Counted from the stretch's first letter, positions 1 to 12,449 are shown. The stretch is DNA of 64,000 bases from Octopus sinensis (GCF_006345805.1 NC_042998.1:199206001-199270000); one strand, 5' to 3'. Notes: generated from the sequence alone by a model not told the origin. Translations and numbers: made by a program.

Positions 1-85
1 TATACAAGCCTTTGCAAAAGTTTAGACAAATCGTATATGGAAGAGAATTATAATAATTGCAATACGTCGATTATAATCACCCGAA

Positions 86-1589
86 GAGCGGCGAGCTGGC
101 AGAAACGTTAGCACGCCGGGCGAAATGCTTAGCGGTATTTTGTCTGGCTTTATGTTCTGAGTTCAAATTCCGCATAGGTCGACTTTGCCATTCATCTTTT
201 CGGGGTCGATTAAATAAGTACCAGTTACGCACTGGGGTCGATGTGATCGACTTAATCCGTTTGTCTGTTCTTGGTTGTCCCCTCTATGTTTAGCCCCTTG
301 TGGGTAGTAAAGAAATAGGTATTTCGTCTACCGCTACGTTCTTAGTTCAAATTCCGTCGAAGTCGACTTTGCCTTTTATCCTTTCGGGTCGATTAAAAAT
401 AGTGCAGTTTACGCACTGGGGTCGATATAATCAACTTAATCCGTTTGTCTGTCCTTGTTTGTCCCCTCTGTGTTTAGCCCCTTGTGGGTAGTAAAGAAAT
501 AGGTATTTCGTGTGCCGCTACGTTCTGAGTTCAAATTCCGCCGAAGTCGACTTTGCCTTTCATCCTTTCGGGGACGATTAAATAAGTACCAGTTGCGCAC
601 TGGGGTCGATGTGATCGACTTAATCCGTTTGTCTGTCCTTGTTTGTACTCTCTGTGTTTAGCCCCTTGTGGGCAGTAAAGAAATAGGTATTTCGTCTGCC
701 GCTACGTTCTGAGTTCAAATTCCGCCGAGGTCGACTTTGCCTTTCATCCTTTCGGGGTCGATTAAATAAGTAACAGTTACGCACTAGGGTCGATATAATC
801 GACTTAATCCGTTTGTCTGTCCTTGTTTGTCCCCTCTGTGTTTAGCCCCTTGTGGGTAGTAAAGAAATAGGTATTTCGTCTGCCGCTACGTTCTGAGTTC
901 AAATTCCGCCGAAGTCGACTTTGCCTTTCATCCTTTCGGGGACGATTAAATAAGTACTAGTTACGCACTGGGGTCGATGTGATCGACTTAATCCGTTTGT
1001 CTCTCCTTGTTTGACCTCTCTGTGTTTAGCCCCTTGTGGGCAGTAAAGAAATAGGTATTTCGTCTACCGCTACGTTCTGAGTTCAAATTCCGCCGAGGTC
1101 CACTTTGCCTGTCATCCTTTCGGGGTCGATTAAATAAGTACCAGTTACGCACTGGGGTCGATATAATCGACTTAATCCGTTTGTCTGTCCTTGTTTGTCC
1201 TCTCTGTGTTTAACCCCTTGTGGGCAGTAAAGAAATAGGTATTTCGTCTGCCGCTACGTTCTGAGTTCAAATTCCGCCGAGGTCGACTTTGCCTTTCATC
1301 CTTTCGGGGTCGATTAAATAAGTACCAGTTACGCACTGGGGTCGATATAATCAACTTAATCCGTTTGTCTGTCCTTGTTTGTCCCCTCTGTGTATAGCCC
1401 CTTGTGGGTAGTAAAGAAATAGGTATTTCGTCTGCCGCTACGTTCTGTGTTCAAATTCTGCAGAGGTTGACTTTGCCTTTTATCCTTTCGGGGTCCATAA
1501 ATTAATTACCAGTTGCACACTGGTATAGATCTAATCGACTGGCCCTCTTCCCCAAAATTTCGGGCCTTGTGCCTAAAGTAGAAAAGATT
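86..1589 (+). mobile_element. tRNA-derived SINE family A, 8-unit tandem multimer with a single head
   Basis: One head with A-box-like TGGCAGAAACGTTAG. Body units start at GGTATTT at 134, 318, 502, 686, 870, 1054, 1238 and 1422 (period 184 bp), each with B-box-like GTTCAAATTC. The last unit has an alternative tail (CCCCAAAATTTCGGGCCTTGTGCCTAAAGTAGAA). The central GGTCGACTTTGCCTTTCATCCTTTCGGGGTCGAT resembles the Meta/MESC SINE domain (from memory, unverified). Confidence 0.9.
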
Positions 1590-2007
1590 GTAATCACCTG
1601 AGGGGATGACTCGTAATAACGAGTTAGCATTATTATTGTTTGCAAGTACATTAAAATGATGAACATTCGTATATGCAATAAATATTAACGATCTGGAATA
1701 ATTTGTATAAGGCGATTATAGTCAAATAAACAGATGAAGTAACATTGCCATTTGAATGATTGTCAAAATGGTTATATTTGTGTATGTCTATTATAATCCT
1801 GCAGTAATTGCAATTTGAAAGGTCCAATGTCAACCAAGTAATGGTAATACGATGTTCGATGTAAAATCAAACAAAAGCATTTATTTCCAAAATGTAGGAC
1901 ATAAATAGAAACATGGTTAGATTTATTCTCTCAAAACAGAATTTTTGATAATTTCGTGCGAGACTATAAATTTCCTAAATCCCTTGTCAGTATTTAAAGC
2001 GTTGAAA

Positions 2008-2069
2008 GGCGGCGAGCTGGCAGAAACGTAGCCGTATTTCGTCCGCCGTTACGTTCTGAGTTCAAATTC
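2008..2069 (+). mobile_element. SINE A head fragment
   Basis: GGCGGCGAGCTGGCAGAAACG...GAGTTCAAATTC with an internal deletion. Confidence 0.8.
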
Positions 2070-2277
2070 TTTGGTAGTCTTGTTGCTACGCAGTCATATG
2101 AGGGATAGTTATACATAAAGAGTAAGTATTTTGTGAAAGTTATTTTGTTGTTGCTGTTTAACTCCAGGTCATATTTTATCGAGTATCACTGTACTCCAAG
2201 GCCCTTTAGTTATGCACATATAGTTTTCTTTTTTACCATGAATAGTGTTCCTTAGACTACATTGTTTTATGTATCCA

Positions 2278-2675
2278 CTAGCAGTTTCGCCCGGCGTTGC
2301 TCGGGTTTGTAAGGGAAATAACTATATAAGCATTTTTAGAGAGTTCTAGCCAAAAATAGCAAAAAATGCATTAAAAATGGAAAAAAAATGATGGTAAATT
2401 TTTTTTAAATCTTTAACTCATCGTAGACATTTTTAGAGAGTTACTTCCCTTATATAATAGCGAAAAAATGCATTAAAATGGAAAAAAATTATGGTAAATT
2501 ATTTTTAAAATCGTAGACTCATCGTAGACGCGCGCTAATATCCAGAAGGGCTCGATATGAATCACGACTATAAGATACCCGGTTTTGGTTAAACTGCACC
2601 GCAAAATGTGGGAGTAGTTAGGAATCTAAATCGTAGGAGACAGACAGCACACAACCTCTCTTTTATATATAAAGA
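2278..2675 (-). mobile_element. Non-autonomous Helitron (~400 bp)
   Basis: On the minus strand: 5' TC, 3' CCCGAGCAACGCCGGG hairpin then CTAG, inserted between A and T with no TSD. Four more copies in the window. Confidence 0.85.
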
Positions 2676-3015
2676 TTTCCCAAAATAGTTGGGTATAGAT
2701 TGAATGATATGAGGCAAATAATTCTAGCAGGTCTCACAACCATCAATATTTGTTTTGTTAAGACTTAATGAAGAGGGAGGGACAGTGCAATTAGAACGTG
2801 ATCTCACTAATGATGTTCAGGTAATCAACAATTGGTAATCGAACAGTAAGTGTATATGTTGCATACGATGTATCGATGTATGGTTGTAATATTTTTAAAA
2901 AAGACAAACAGTCCTAAATATTTTAGGTCAGAAAAAAATAGAGTGTTGTCGCCTTTATACATTTCCGAATGGTATTTTAGCCTCACAAGAGAGTTAAACA
3001 GCTGAGTTGGTGTCT

Positions 3016-3176
3016 TGATGATGATGATGATGATGGTGGTGGTGATGGTGGTGATGGTGTCGGTTATATACATTTCCAAATGGTATAAGTCACACAAAAG
3101 ATTTGAAAAGCTGGTGGTGGTGTTGTTGTTGACAATGATAATGACAATGATGATGATGATGATGATGATGGTGGTG

Positions 3177-3255
<79 letters not shown>

Positions 3256-3274
3256 CGACGATGATGATGACGAC

Positions 3275-3343
<69 letters not shown>

Positions 3344-3429
3344 TTGACGGTTATATACATTTCCAAATGGTATAAGTCACACAAAAGATTTGAAAAGCTG
3401 GTGGTATTGTTGTTGATAATGATAATGAC

Positions 3430-3471
<42 letters not shown>

Positions 3472-3612
3472 AATGATGATGATGATGACGACGACGATGA
3501 TGACGACGATGAGGATGATGATGATGATGATAATGATGATGGTGATGATGATGATGATGATGATGATGATAATGATGATGATGATGATGACGACGATGAT
3601 GATGACGACGAC

Positions 3613-3647
<35 letters not shown>

Positions 3648-3905
3648 GATGATGATGATGATGAGATGATGATGATGATGATGATGAGATGATGATGATG
3701 ATGTTGGTTGTGGTGGTGGTGTGATGGTGGAGATGGTATTGATGGTGACCGTTGTGCTGGCTACTTTAGCAGCGTTGGCGATAATGATGCTGATGATGCT
3801 GTTCACGATAATGATGATGATGGTTGGGATGATGATGATGATGATGATGATGTTAATGATAACCATGATAATGATAATGATGATGATGATGAGGATGTTG
3901 ATGAC
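3016..3905 (+). repeat. (GAT)n-rich trinucleotide array with a duplicated ~60-bp spacer
   Basis: GAT/GAC/GGT repeats; the spacer CGGTTATATACATTTCCAAATGG...AAAGCTGGTGGT occurs at 3061 and 3348. Confidence 0.95.
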
Positions 3906-4001
3906 AACGTTGGAATTTATATAACGTATTGATGTTATTTGAACGAACCATTTCGAAATTCGAGCGTATTATATTTTTTGAATGTATTTAGTAAAACTTA
4001 C

Positions 4002-4112
4002 CACAATCTTCCTCATCGGAGCCATCTTCACACTGACTAACACCGTCACATTGTTTCCTCTGGTGTAAACACTTTAGCTGGTCTTTACAGGCGAAGTATC
4101 CAGCACTGCATA
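4002..4112 (-). CDS. Coding exon: LDL-receptor class A module, resembling the N-terminal LDLa of relaxin-type LGR (RXFP/Lgr3/Lgr4-like) receptors
   Basis: 111-bp phase 1-1 exon with a pyrimidine-rich acceptor (...CCTTCATTAG) and GTAAGT donor. Translates xCSAGYFACKDQLKCLHQRKQCDGVSQCEDGSDEEDC-G: six Cys in LDLa spacing plus the CDG...C.DGSDE..C acidic motif. Too short and Met-less to appear in the ORF track. Confidence 0.9.
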
Positions 4113-4439
4113 CTAATGAAGGTTGGATGTGAGAAAGTGTTGTTGGTGCGACTTTGTTGGTTACCATATTAGCTTAAAATAAAGACACAGAATATATATA
4201 CATATATATTGGCCAGTTCACACAGTCGCCACATAAAAAACACACATGTGTATATACAACACACACACATATATAATTAATAAAAAGAACGGAGAAAAAG
4301 ACAATAAAAAATAGCATCGCGAGTACGTGGTACATGCAAAGTATCAAGGAAGGAAAGAAAGGGTGTTTTATGTTTTGAGCAAAGCTCTTCTTCAGAAAGG
4401 GGAGACAGGGGAAAGTTCAAAAGAAAAGGAAGACGGAGG

Positions 4440-5345
4440 AAGAAATCGTCAACAATCCACATGTAGTTACATTTTGGAATGATATTGAAAAAAGCTGCGT
4501 GGCTGTCATTTAAGAAAGTTTGCAGAGAGTTTTGGCGGAATCACAGAGTAGAAAATTAGTGTAACATTATGAAAGAGCAACTGATATCGTACAAGGCCTT
4601 GGGATGCGATATGAGCCTAAAAATCCACTTCTTGAACTCTTACTTGGACTTTTTTCCTGCAAATCTCTGGTCTGTCTTTGACGAGCATGGTGAGAGATTT
4701 CACCAGGACATTCTGACCCTGAAAACCTGGTACCTAGGAAAGTGGAGCTCTTCTAAGTTGGATGATTACTGTTGGTCACTAAAAAGGGATGTGTAAGAAG
4801 CTAAACACAGTCGAAAATCATACGCCTCTGCGTTTTAAAGATAAGTTTCCTTCTAAAAGCCTGATTTTTTTAATTAATGAAATATAATTGATTAACAATT
4901 TACATATGATATCACAGAAAAGCTATGACTTATAGAAAAAAAATCTAAAAACACACTTGAAATCTGCGGATAAAATGCTAGTAAGTTAATCTACTTTTGT
5001 TTGTAGGACAGAATTTTTCGTTAATTCTGTTGACTACATATAATTGTCAGCCTTATTTCTGCATTAATATAATACATTTATTGCATAATTTAATTACTCT
5101 GTCACATAAAAACCATGCATGATAGAAAAATTCTAAAGACAGATTCGAAATCCCTCTCTCTCTCTTTACTTGTTTCAGTCATTTGACTGCAGCCATACTG
5201 GAGCACTGCCTTTTAGTCGAGCAAATCGACCCCAGGACTTATTCTTTGGAAGTCTGGTACTTATTCTATCGGTCTCTTTTGCAGAACCGCTAAGTTACGG
5301 GGACGTAAACGCACCATCGGTTGTCAAGCGATGTTGGGACAAACA

Positions 5346-5403
<58 letters not shown>

Positions 5404-5656
5404 CATACATATATACGATGGGCTTCTTTCAGCTTCCGTCTACCAAATCCACTCACAAGGCTTTGGTCGGCCCGAAACTATAGTAGAAGACACTTGCTCA
5501 AGGTGCCACGCATTGGGACTGAACCCGCAACCATGTGGTTGGTAAGCAAGCTACTTACCGCACATCCACTCCTGCGCTCTATCTGTATTAAAAGTACTAT
5601 AAAGTTCACTTTCTTTAGTTTATGGGACAGCAAAAAGTCGAATTTTGCTGACCAGC
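4440..5656 (+). mobile_element. Chapaev3-like (CMC superfamily) DNA transposon 3' remnant, interrupted by SINE B
   Basis: ORF 4569-4796 reads YKALGCDMSLKIHFLNSYLDFFPANLWSVFDEHGERFHQDI...KWSSSKLDDYCWSLKRD, a motif I recall from Chapaev3 transposases. Terminus-like TTTTGCTGACCAGCG at ~5642-5656. Confidence 0.65.
5160..5578 (-). mobile_element. SINE family B with internal (CA)/(TA) microsatellite
   Basis: Matches copies at 6489, 9631, 23321 and 42517; tRNA-like head GTGGTAAGTAGCTTGC...GGGTTCAGTCCC. Confidence 0.9.
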
Positions 5657-5804
5657 GTTATTAAAAGCAAATTGTTTACTTTCTGTCAATTAAATCTCTT
5701 TGCTGGATTTGGATTTTCCCTAGTTTTGGGGTTTTTCAAAAGTTTCCGTTTTTTGGTTACCCTATATATTAGTTCTACACCTGGCTCTAAAATATGTGTG
5801 CAGT

Positions 5805-5885
<81 letters not shown>

Positions 5886-5890
<5 letters not shown>

Positions 5891-6112
5891 CTTTACTACC
5901 CACAAAGGGCTACACACAGAAGGGACAAATAAGGACAGACAAACGTATTACGTCGACCCCAGTGCGTAACTGGTACTTAATTTATCGACCCCGAAAGGAT
6001 GAAAGGCAAAGTCGACCTCGGTGGAATTTGAACTCAGAACGTAACGGCAGACGAAATACAGCTACGCATTTCGCCCAGCGCAGCATGCTAACGTTTCTGC
6101 CAGCTCGCCGCC
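5886..6112 (-). mobile_element. SINE A monomer inserted in (TA)n
   Basis: Full head plus one body; TA repeats on both sides. Confidence 0.9.
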
Positions 6113-6488
6113 TTATATATATACGTGCGTGTACGTGCGCGCGTGTATTTTTGATTAAGCTCAATTAGAGCTGACCTGGGCTCAACAACAATAATTGCAA
6201 TGGACGAATTGTTAATGGTTATAATACTGTGCAAGAGTAGTTATTCTTAATTTGGTATAATTGGCGAAGGCAAGAAATACCTGAATGGAATCAGAGTTTT
6301 AGCGAGCAAAAAAAATGGAACAAAAATGGCAACCGAAACTGGTACCAGTTGTCTGCATCGGTAAAACTATAAAGTGAAGTTCCTGTCTTTGCATAAGTTT
6401 GTATGGCGTGGAAAAACGGAGTCAGATGTTTTGACACTGACTTTTTACGTCTAAGGGAAAAGTAATTTTTCAACCTACACACTCTATA

Positions 6489-6653
6489 GGTGTAGGAGTG
6501 GCTCTGTGGTAAGTAGCTTGCTTACCAATCACATGGTTCCGGGTTCAGTCCCACTGCGTGGCACCTAGGGCAGGTGTCTTCTACAATAGTCTCGGGCCGA
6601 CCAAAGCCTTGTGAGTGGATTTGGTAGACGGAAACTGAAAGAAGCTCGTAGTA

Positions 6654-6712
<59 letters not shown>

Positions 6713-6926
6713 GTGGGTATGTGTTTGTGTATTTGTGTTTGTCCCCCAACATTGCTTGACAACCGATGCTGGTGTGTTTAGGTCCCCGTAACTGGACTGT
6801 TCAGCAAAAGAGACCGATAGAATAAGTACTAGGCTTTCAAACAATAAGTCCTGGGATCGATTTGCTCGACTAAAGGCGGTGCTCCAGCATGGCCACAGTC
6901 ACATGAATGAAACAAGTAAAAGAATA
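6489..6926 (+). mobile_element. SINE family B
   Basis: Full-length copy with internal (TA)n and tail GAAACAAGTAAAAG. Confidence 0.9.
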
Positions 6927-7800
6927 AGTGTAAGAGTACTCGTTTGCAAAAAATATGCTTCCTCTCTTTTAAACAAAGAGTCGATCCCAGAACATTATTT
7001 CTTCTTCCCCCAAGATCAAGAAATATAGTTGTATATTGCTGATGTCTCTCTCTTGTTCGTTAGCAATCCACGTGAAATAAAATGGCTTCGAGATCATGTT
7101 GATATAGTTTATATTTGGCATGTGAATAGAGTTAATGTGAATAGAGTTAATTAATAAATATAGTTAATTTACGGGTAAATACATTCATATTAATATTTCA
7201 GTTGTTGTGGTTATTCAACCTCAGGTTAGCTCTGTTTAATCAAACCTCTGAATATAGAAATTCCAGCCGTGATTATGTAAACTTCAAATGAGATTGTATA
7301 ACAGACTATAGAAGTCAATATATTCTTCCCCCGGACACTATGTTGTAATTTGTGGGAGATTGAGTAGGTCAAGTAACCACGTAGAGACTGCCTGTTGCTA
7401 CATGTAAAGAAAGAAAAGAAAAAGTACAGTCAGCCTAGAGGCTCTGCTCATTTCAAACATCGAAACACCAAAATAAAATATTCTAAAACACAGTACATAT
7501 TTTTCTATAGCTAAATATATTAACACAATAGAAACAATTGTTCTGAGTGCTTTATCAATATCTACCTGAATTTTTTAATCTCTTCTTTTTTCAAATTACA
7601 CACACACACATATATATATAAGAAAGAAAAGAAAAATTACAGTCACCCTAGAGGCTCTGCTCATTTCAAACATCGAAACACCAAAATAAAATATTCTAAA
7701 ACCGATGCGTCTTTAGCGACTGAAAATACTGTTCGTTAATTGGTCATCTTGAAAAGTTCTTTAGATTAGTTCGGAATGTACCAAAGATGCTCAATAATTG

Positions 7801-8330
7801 AGTAAACACACCAGAAGAATATTTAGGTGCTTCACTGAGTCTGCTAGGAATATGAGTACAGTTTTGTTCAAACTGCACTCTATTGTCTTGAAATTGGAAG
7901 AACGCACTCGGCAATATATAGCTCAATCTCTAAAAGGACTTTGGTTGGAACGGTGGACTGAAGTGGCCTGAGCTAAACAACAACAACAGAAGCAGCAACC
8001 TCTCCAAGGTCGTCTTGTTGTAGTCGAGGGCTCTTCGTTGACGCCCGACACCACTGGGAGGTGGCCCTCGAAGCCGCTGGAAATGTAGATCTCCAGGTCC
8101 AAATTCTTGAACGGCAAAAGTAGACTTCCGCTCCCGACCTGCCAGACGTCTCCCAACCCACAGAACGGTCGCAGTAAAATCACCCTTACTCGGCTTGTTG
8201 CTTAGCAACAACAACAACAACAACAACAGCAGCAGCAGCAGCAGCAGCAACGACAAATACAGCAACAACAGTAGTTACTCCAGCAACAACTGCAAATTCA
8301 GTAGCAAAATCATATTAAAAATAAATGAAA
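7801..8330 (+). pseudogene. Decayed reading frame of unknown origin with poly-Q tract
   Basis: GC-richer island. One frame reads RNMSTVLFKLHSIVLKLEERTRQYIAQSLKGLWLERWTEVA*AKQQQQKQQ...RLVA*QQQQ; several stops are TAG within CAG/CAA runs. No family recognised. Confidence 0.3.
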
Positions 8331-8347
8331 TAAATGAACAGTTGCTG

Positions 8348-8435
8348 TACCAGTTACGCACTGGGGTCGATGTAATCGACTTAATCCGTTTGTTTGTCCC
8401 CTCTATGTTTAGCCCCTTGTGACTTGTAAAGAAAC
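8348..8435 (+). mobile_element. SINE A 3' fragment
   Basis: TACCAGTTACGCACTGGGGTCGATGTAATCGACTTAATCC...AAAGAAA. Confidence 0.8.
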
Positions 8436-8793
8436 AAACATTATGAGTGATTTAGTATGCAGATTGGTGATCAAATTATTACTGATGATTAATGTCTATG
8501 CTCTATTCTCTTTGTATTTCCTATGTAGTGATTTCTTTTATTTTTGTCATTGTTAAATATTTAACTTCGGAGAAGTTCAATAAGAGAAAACAAATACATG
8601 TTTTCTCTGGGTGGCTTTTGAGATTCATTTTAATCTTCATTGTCTATAGTTCCCATAAATTTCGACGAGCAAATTTTATTAAAATTGCTTTCTGATTTTG
8701 GATATAGGCTTTTTTGCCTACTTACTGTTATGATAAAGCTAATTGAATAACATTTTCCAAGTCACCATAGTTGATATGTCACAGTCTAATATA

Positions 8794-9187
8794 TCTTTAT
8801 ATATAAAAGTGAAGTTGTGTGTCTGTCTCCTACGATTTAGATTCCTAACTACTCCCACATTTTGCGGTGCAGTGTAACCAAATCCGGGTATCTTATAGTC
8901 GTGATTCATATCGAGCCCTTCTGGGTATTAGCGCGCGTCTACGATGAGTCTACGATTAAAAAAAAAATTACCATAATTTTTTCCCATTTTTAATGCATTT
9001 TTTTGCTATTATATAAGGGAAGTAACTCTCTAAAAATGTATTATTAAATCTCAGAACGTAAAAAGCTACAGTAACACCCCCCTTTGTGGTTAACCATATT
9101 GGGATGGCTATTATACTTTACATCTCTAAAAATGTTTATATAGTTATTTCCCTTACAAACCCGAGCAACGCCGGGCGATACTGCTAG
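8794..9187 (+). mobile_element. Non-autonomous Helitron
   Basis: A|TCTTTATATATAAAAG...CCCGAGCAACGCCGGGCGATACTGCTAG|T. Confidence 0.85.
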
Positions 9188-9363
9188 TTTGTATATAAAA
9201 TGCCAGCTCCTTTTAAGTGTTTCTTTTCAGTTTAATTGCCAAAATTATTTTGGTATGGAGCACAATATTATGTCTGACATCAGTAAGACTTTTGGCACTA
9301 AACACACAGAATATATTCTAAAAGTCGTACAAAGTAAGATATATTTCGTTCCTTTTATATGAA

Positions 9364-10285
9364 CAGTAATCACTCGCTATATCGCCACCTATCGCACCCT
9401 CAGTACATCGCAGATTTTTCTGGCTAATATATGTAAATTTATATCGTGGACTCCTCCGTATATCGCGGGTTTCTGCGGCCGATGGATATTTATACGTTTT
9501 CAGATTTTTACCATTTCTGTGGTAAAATAAGCATTTTCATGCCTAAAAATTAATAAATTAATAAATAAAAATACAGTACAGTACTGCACCTATGCCACAT
9601 TAATTAAAATATATTAAAAGAAAATACGTACTCTTTTTACTCTTTTACTTGTTTCAGTCATTTGACTGCGGCCATGCTGGAGCACCACCTTTTTAGTCGA
9701 GCAAATCGACCCCGGGACTTATTCTTTTCAAGCCCAGTACTTATTCTATCGGTCTCTTTTGCCGAACCGCTAAGTGACGGGGACGTAAACACACCAGCAT
9801 CGGTTGTCAAGCAATGCTAGGGGGACAAACACAGACACACAAACATGCACACACATACATATATAGATATAGATATACATATATACGACAGGCTTCTTTC
9901 AGTTTCCGTCTACCAAATCCACTCACAAGGCATTGGTCGGTCCGGGGCTATAGCAGAAGACACTTGCCCAAGGTGCCACGCAGTGGGACTGAACCCGGAA
10001 CCATGTGGTTAGTTAGCAAGCTACTTACCACACAGCCACTCCTGCGCCTACGTAGTGTACCGTAGACGAGCAAACAAAGAATCGGACAAACCGTATGGAA
10101 AAACGAATCTCGGGAGGTACGTGTGTGGTGTTGTTTTGCATTTATAATAAAATAAATATATATGCAAATTATAAAAAAAAATATAAAAGAAAATATACAG
10201 TACAGTGCTATTTCTACTTCGCGGATTTTCACCTATCGCGGGGGTATTTTGGAACGTAAAATCCGCGATAGTCGCGGGATTACTG
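9364..10285. mobile_element. pogo/Tigger-like MITE interrupted by SINE B
   Basis: TIR-like CAGTAATCACTCGCTATATCGC at 9364 and GCGATAGTCGCGGGATTACTG followed by TA at the right end. Confidence 0.6.
9631..10048 (-). mobile_element. SINE family B
   Basis: Full-length copy; possible TACGTA TSD. Confidence 0.9.
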
Positions 10286-10376
10286 TATCTTCAAAAAATG
10301 CTGGAATGAGCAAAACCATAAATGCACATACTCACGGAACAAACAAATACAGAGATGTGACGTGTGTGTATATATT

Positions 10377-10409
<33 letters not shown>

Positions 10410-10416
10410 GATATAT

Positions 10417-10455
<39 letters not shown>

Positions 10456-10631
10456 TGTGTGTATAAGAAGATAAAAGAGATTTAAAAATTCAGGTAGATA
10501 TTGATAAAGCACTCAGAACAATTGTTTCTATTGTGTTAATATATTTAGCTATATAAAAATATGTACTGTGTTTGTTAAGTAATATCTATCAACAAATGGA
10601 GTACTTGTTTGTTGATCTTACCATCACAGAG

Positions 10632-10700
<69 letters not shown>

Positions 10701-10792
10701 CTATGTGTGTATGTATATACATATACATACAAATACATAATATAATATATATACATATATAATATATATACGTATATATATATATATATTAG

Positions 10793-10831
<39 letters not shown>

Positions 10832-10847
10832 ATATATATATACATAT

Positions 10848-11343
10848 ATATAACAAAGTATCATTAGAGACAGAAATCCCTATAAAATGCAACATATCAG
10901 AATATAAATTCAACCATGTAATATTTTTTTCTCATTAGTATATATTTTTTCCGCATTCGTATATATTTTTAATTTATATATATATATATTTTTTTAGGAG
11001 TAATTCGCATTTAATTCTTATATAATTATGGCTAAAACTGCAGGGTTCAATGAATTTATTTACACATTATATGTTTTTGACATACTACGAATTTAGTTAT
11101 ACGTCTGTTTAGTTTGATGTACTTTTAAGTTGGAATATATAATGATAGATAAAGTTATAAACCTGAAGATTGGGGTTGTATATAAGGGGAGGTTCTGTAG
11201 ACAACCTCATGAAACACGTGTAGTCGAGAACTTTGAACATGAATAGCAAGTATTTAATATAATATTCTATGACATGGTTGAATCTATATTCTGATTTGTT
11301 GAATTTTATGGGGATTTCTGACTCTAATGATATTTTGATATAT
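10848..11343. repeat. Inverted-repeat element (75-bp arms) enclosing a hammerhead
   Basis: 10848-10922 is the reverse complement of 11268-11343; (TA)n-rich flanks. Confidence 0.75.
11151..11234 (+). ncRNA. Type I hammerhead ribozyme motif (weak proximal stem I)
   Basis: CTGAAGA 11163-69; stem II TGGGGTTGT/ACAACCTCA with U-U at 10.1-11.1; GAAAC-ACGT-GTA (palindromic ACACGTGT); distal stem I AAAGTT/AACTTT. Confidence 0.7.
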
Positions 11344-11422
11344 GTATTAATTTATTGAGAATAATTCAACTTAATATTCTTAACTTGAATATCTCATCCC
11401 TGTGACGCTGGAATTGATATTC

Positions 11423-11539
<117 letters not shown>

Positions 11540-11625
11540 TAAATATAAGGCTAGCAAAAAAATTCTAGAAAAAATTCTCCGCTACCAGCGGTCTAGTGAG
11601 AAAGGAAATATAGTCAAAGACTATA

Positions 11626-11914
11626 TAATATACATTCAACAATATAAGGAATGGCCATATAGGACATTCGACTCACTAGAAAGAGCAGCCAAACTCAAAC
11701 CGCTAAATAGTTGTAATTCTGAATAGAAAGAGAAATAAAAACGTTTACCCCTTTCATCTCTGGACTATGCATAGTTTCGGCAATGAAAGGGGTAAACATT
11801 TTTATTTCTCTTTCTATTCAGAATTACAACTATTTAGCGGTTTGAGTTTGGCTGCTCTTTCTAGTGAGTCGAATGTCCTATATGGCCATTCCTTATATTG
11901 TTGAATATATAATG

Positions 11915-11915
<1 letters not shown>
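11626..11915. repeat. Near-perfect inverted repeat (~130-bp arms) between (TA)n tracts
   Basis: ATACATTCAACAATATAAGG...CCCCTTTCAT versus ATGAAAGGGG...CCTTATATTGTTGAATATAT. Confidence 0.9.
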
Positions 11916-11955
<40 letters not shown>

Positions 11956-11997
11956 CTGTATATAATATATATATAGATATATGTATATATATATGTA

Positions 11998-12088
<91 letters not shown>

Positions 12089-12119
12089 GAATGGAGTTGA
12101 ACGACGAATTAACAAAAAT

Positions 12120-12217
12120 TCCTTTATTTTCGACATATGTTTCGAAGGCTGCAATATTCCTAATTGCGAAGGAATAAGGAGTATATTATGCCGCTTTATC
12201 ATCAGGAAAAGCAAGGA
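12120..12217 (-). ncRNA. Type I hammerhead motif, 10.1-11.1 pair broken
   Basis: Reverse copy of 12353-12449 but reads CTGATGA-T...C-GAAAC, giving a U-C mismatch. Confidence 0.75.
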
Positions 12218-12352
12218 ACTTATGTCAACATCAAGATGCACAAAAACTTTTAGATGACTGACTAAACGGAGCCCATCACTATGGGCTCCGTGTGATGGGC
12301 TCCGCGTGAGCAGTCATCTAAAAGTTTTTTGTCATCTTGATGTGACATAAGG

Positions 12353-12449
12353 TCCTTGCTTTTCCTGATGAGAAAGCGGCATAATATACTCCTTATTCCT
12401 TCGCAATTAGGAATATGCAGCCTTCGAAACATATGTCGAAAATAAAGGA
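12353..12449 (+). ncRNA. Type I hammerhead ribozyme, apparently intact
   Basis: CTGATGA 12365-71; G10.1-C11.1 and a long stem II; GAAAC-ATAT-GTC with predicted cleavage after C12437; stem I TTTTC/GAAAA + 2x2 loop + TCCTT/AAGGA. Confidence 0.85.

Noticed and set aside
86-170. SINE heads as tRNA genes
   Set aside because: A and B boxes are present but there is no acceptor-stem pairing, and the heads are always fused to SINE bodies
134-1589. 184-bp array as a CRISPR array or hammerhead retrozyme
   Set aside because: No unique spacers, and neither strand of the unit contains CTGANGA with a paired GAAA
2762-2820. Plus-strand open segment LNEEGGTVQLERDLTNDVQ ending in CAG|GTAATC
   Set aside because: Short, weak acceptor, and no partner exon identified
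3015-3932. Poly-Met, poly-Ser and poly-Asp ORFs
   Set aside because: Translation of (GAT)n
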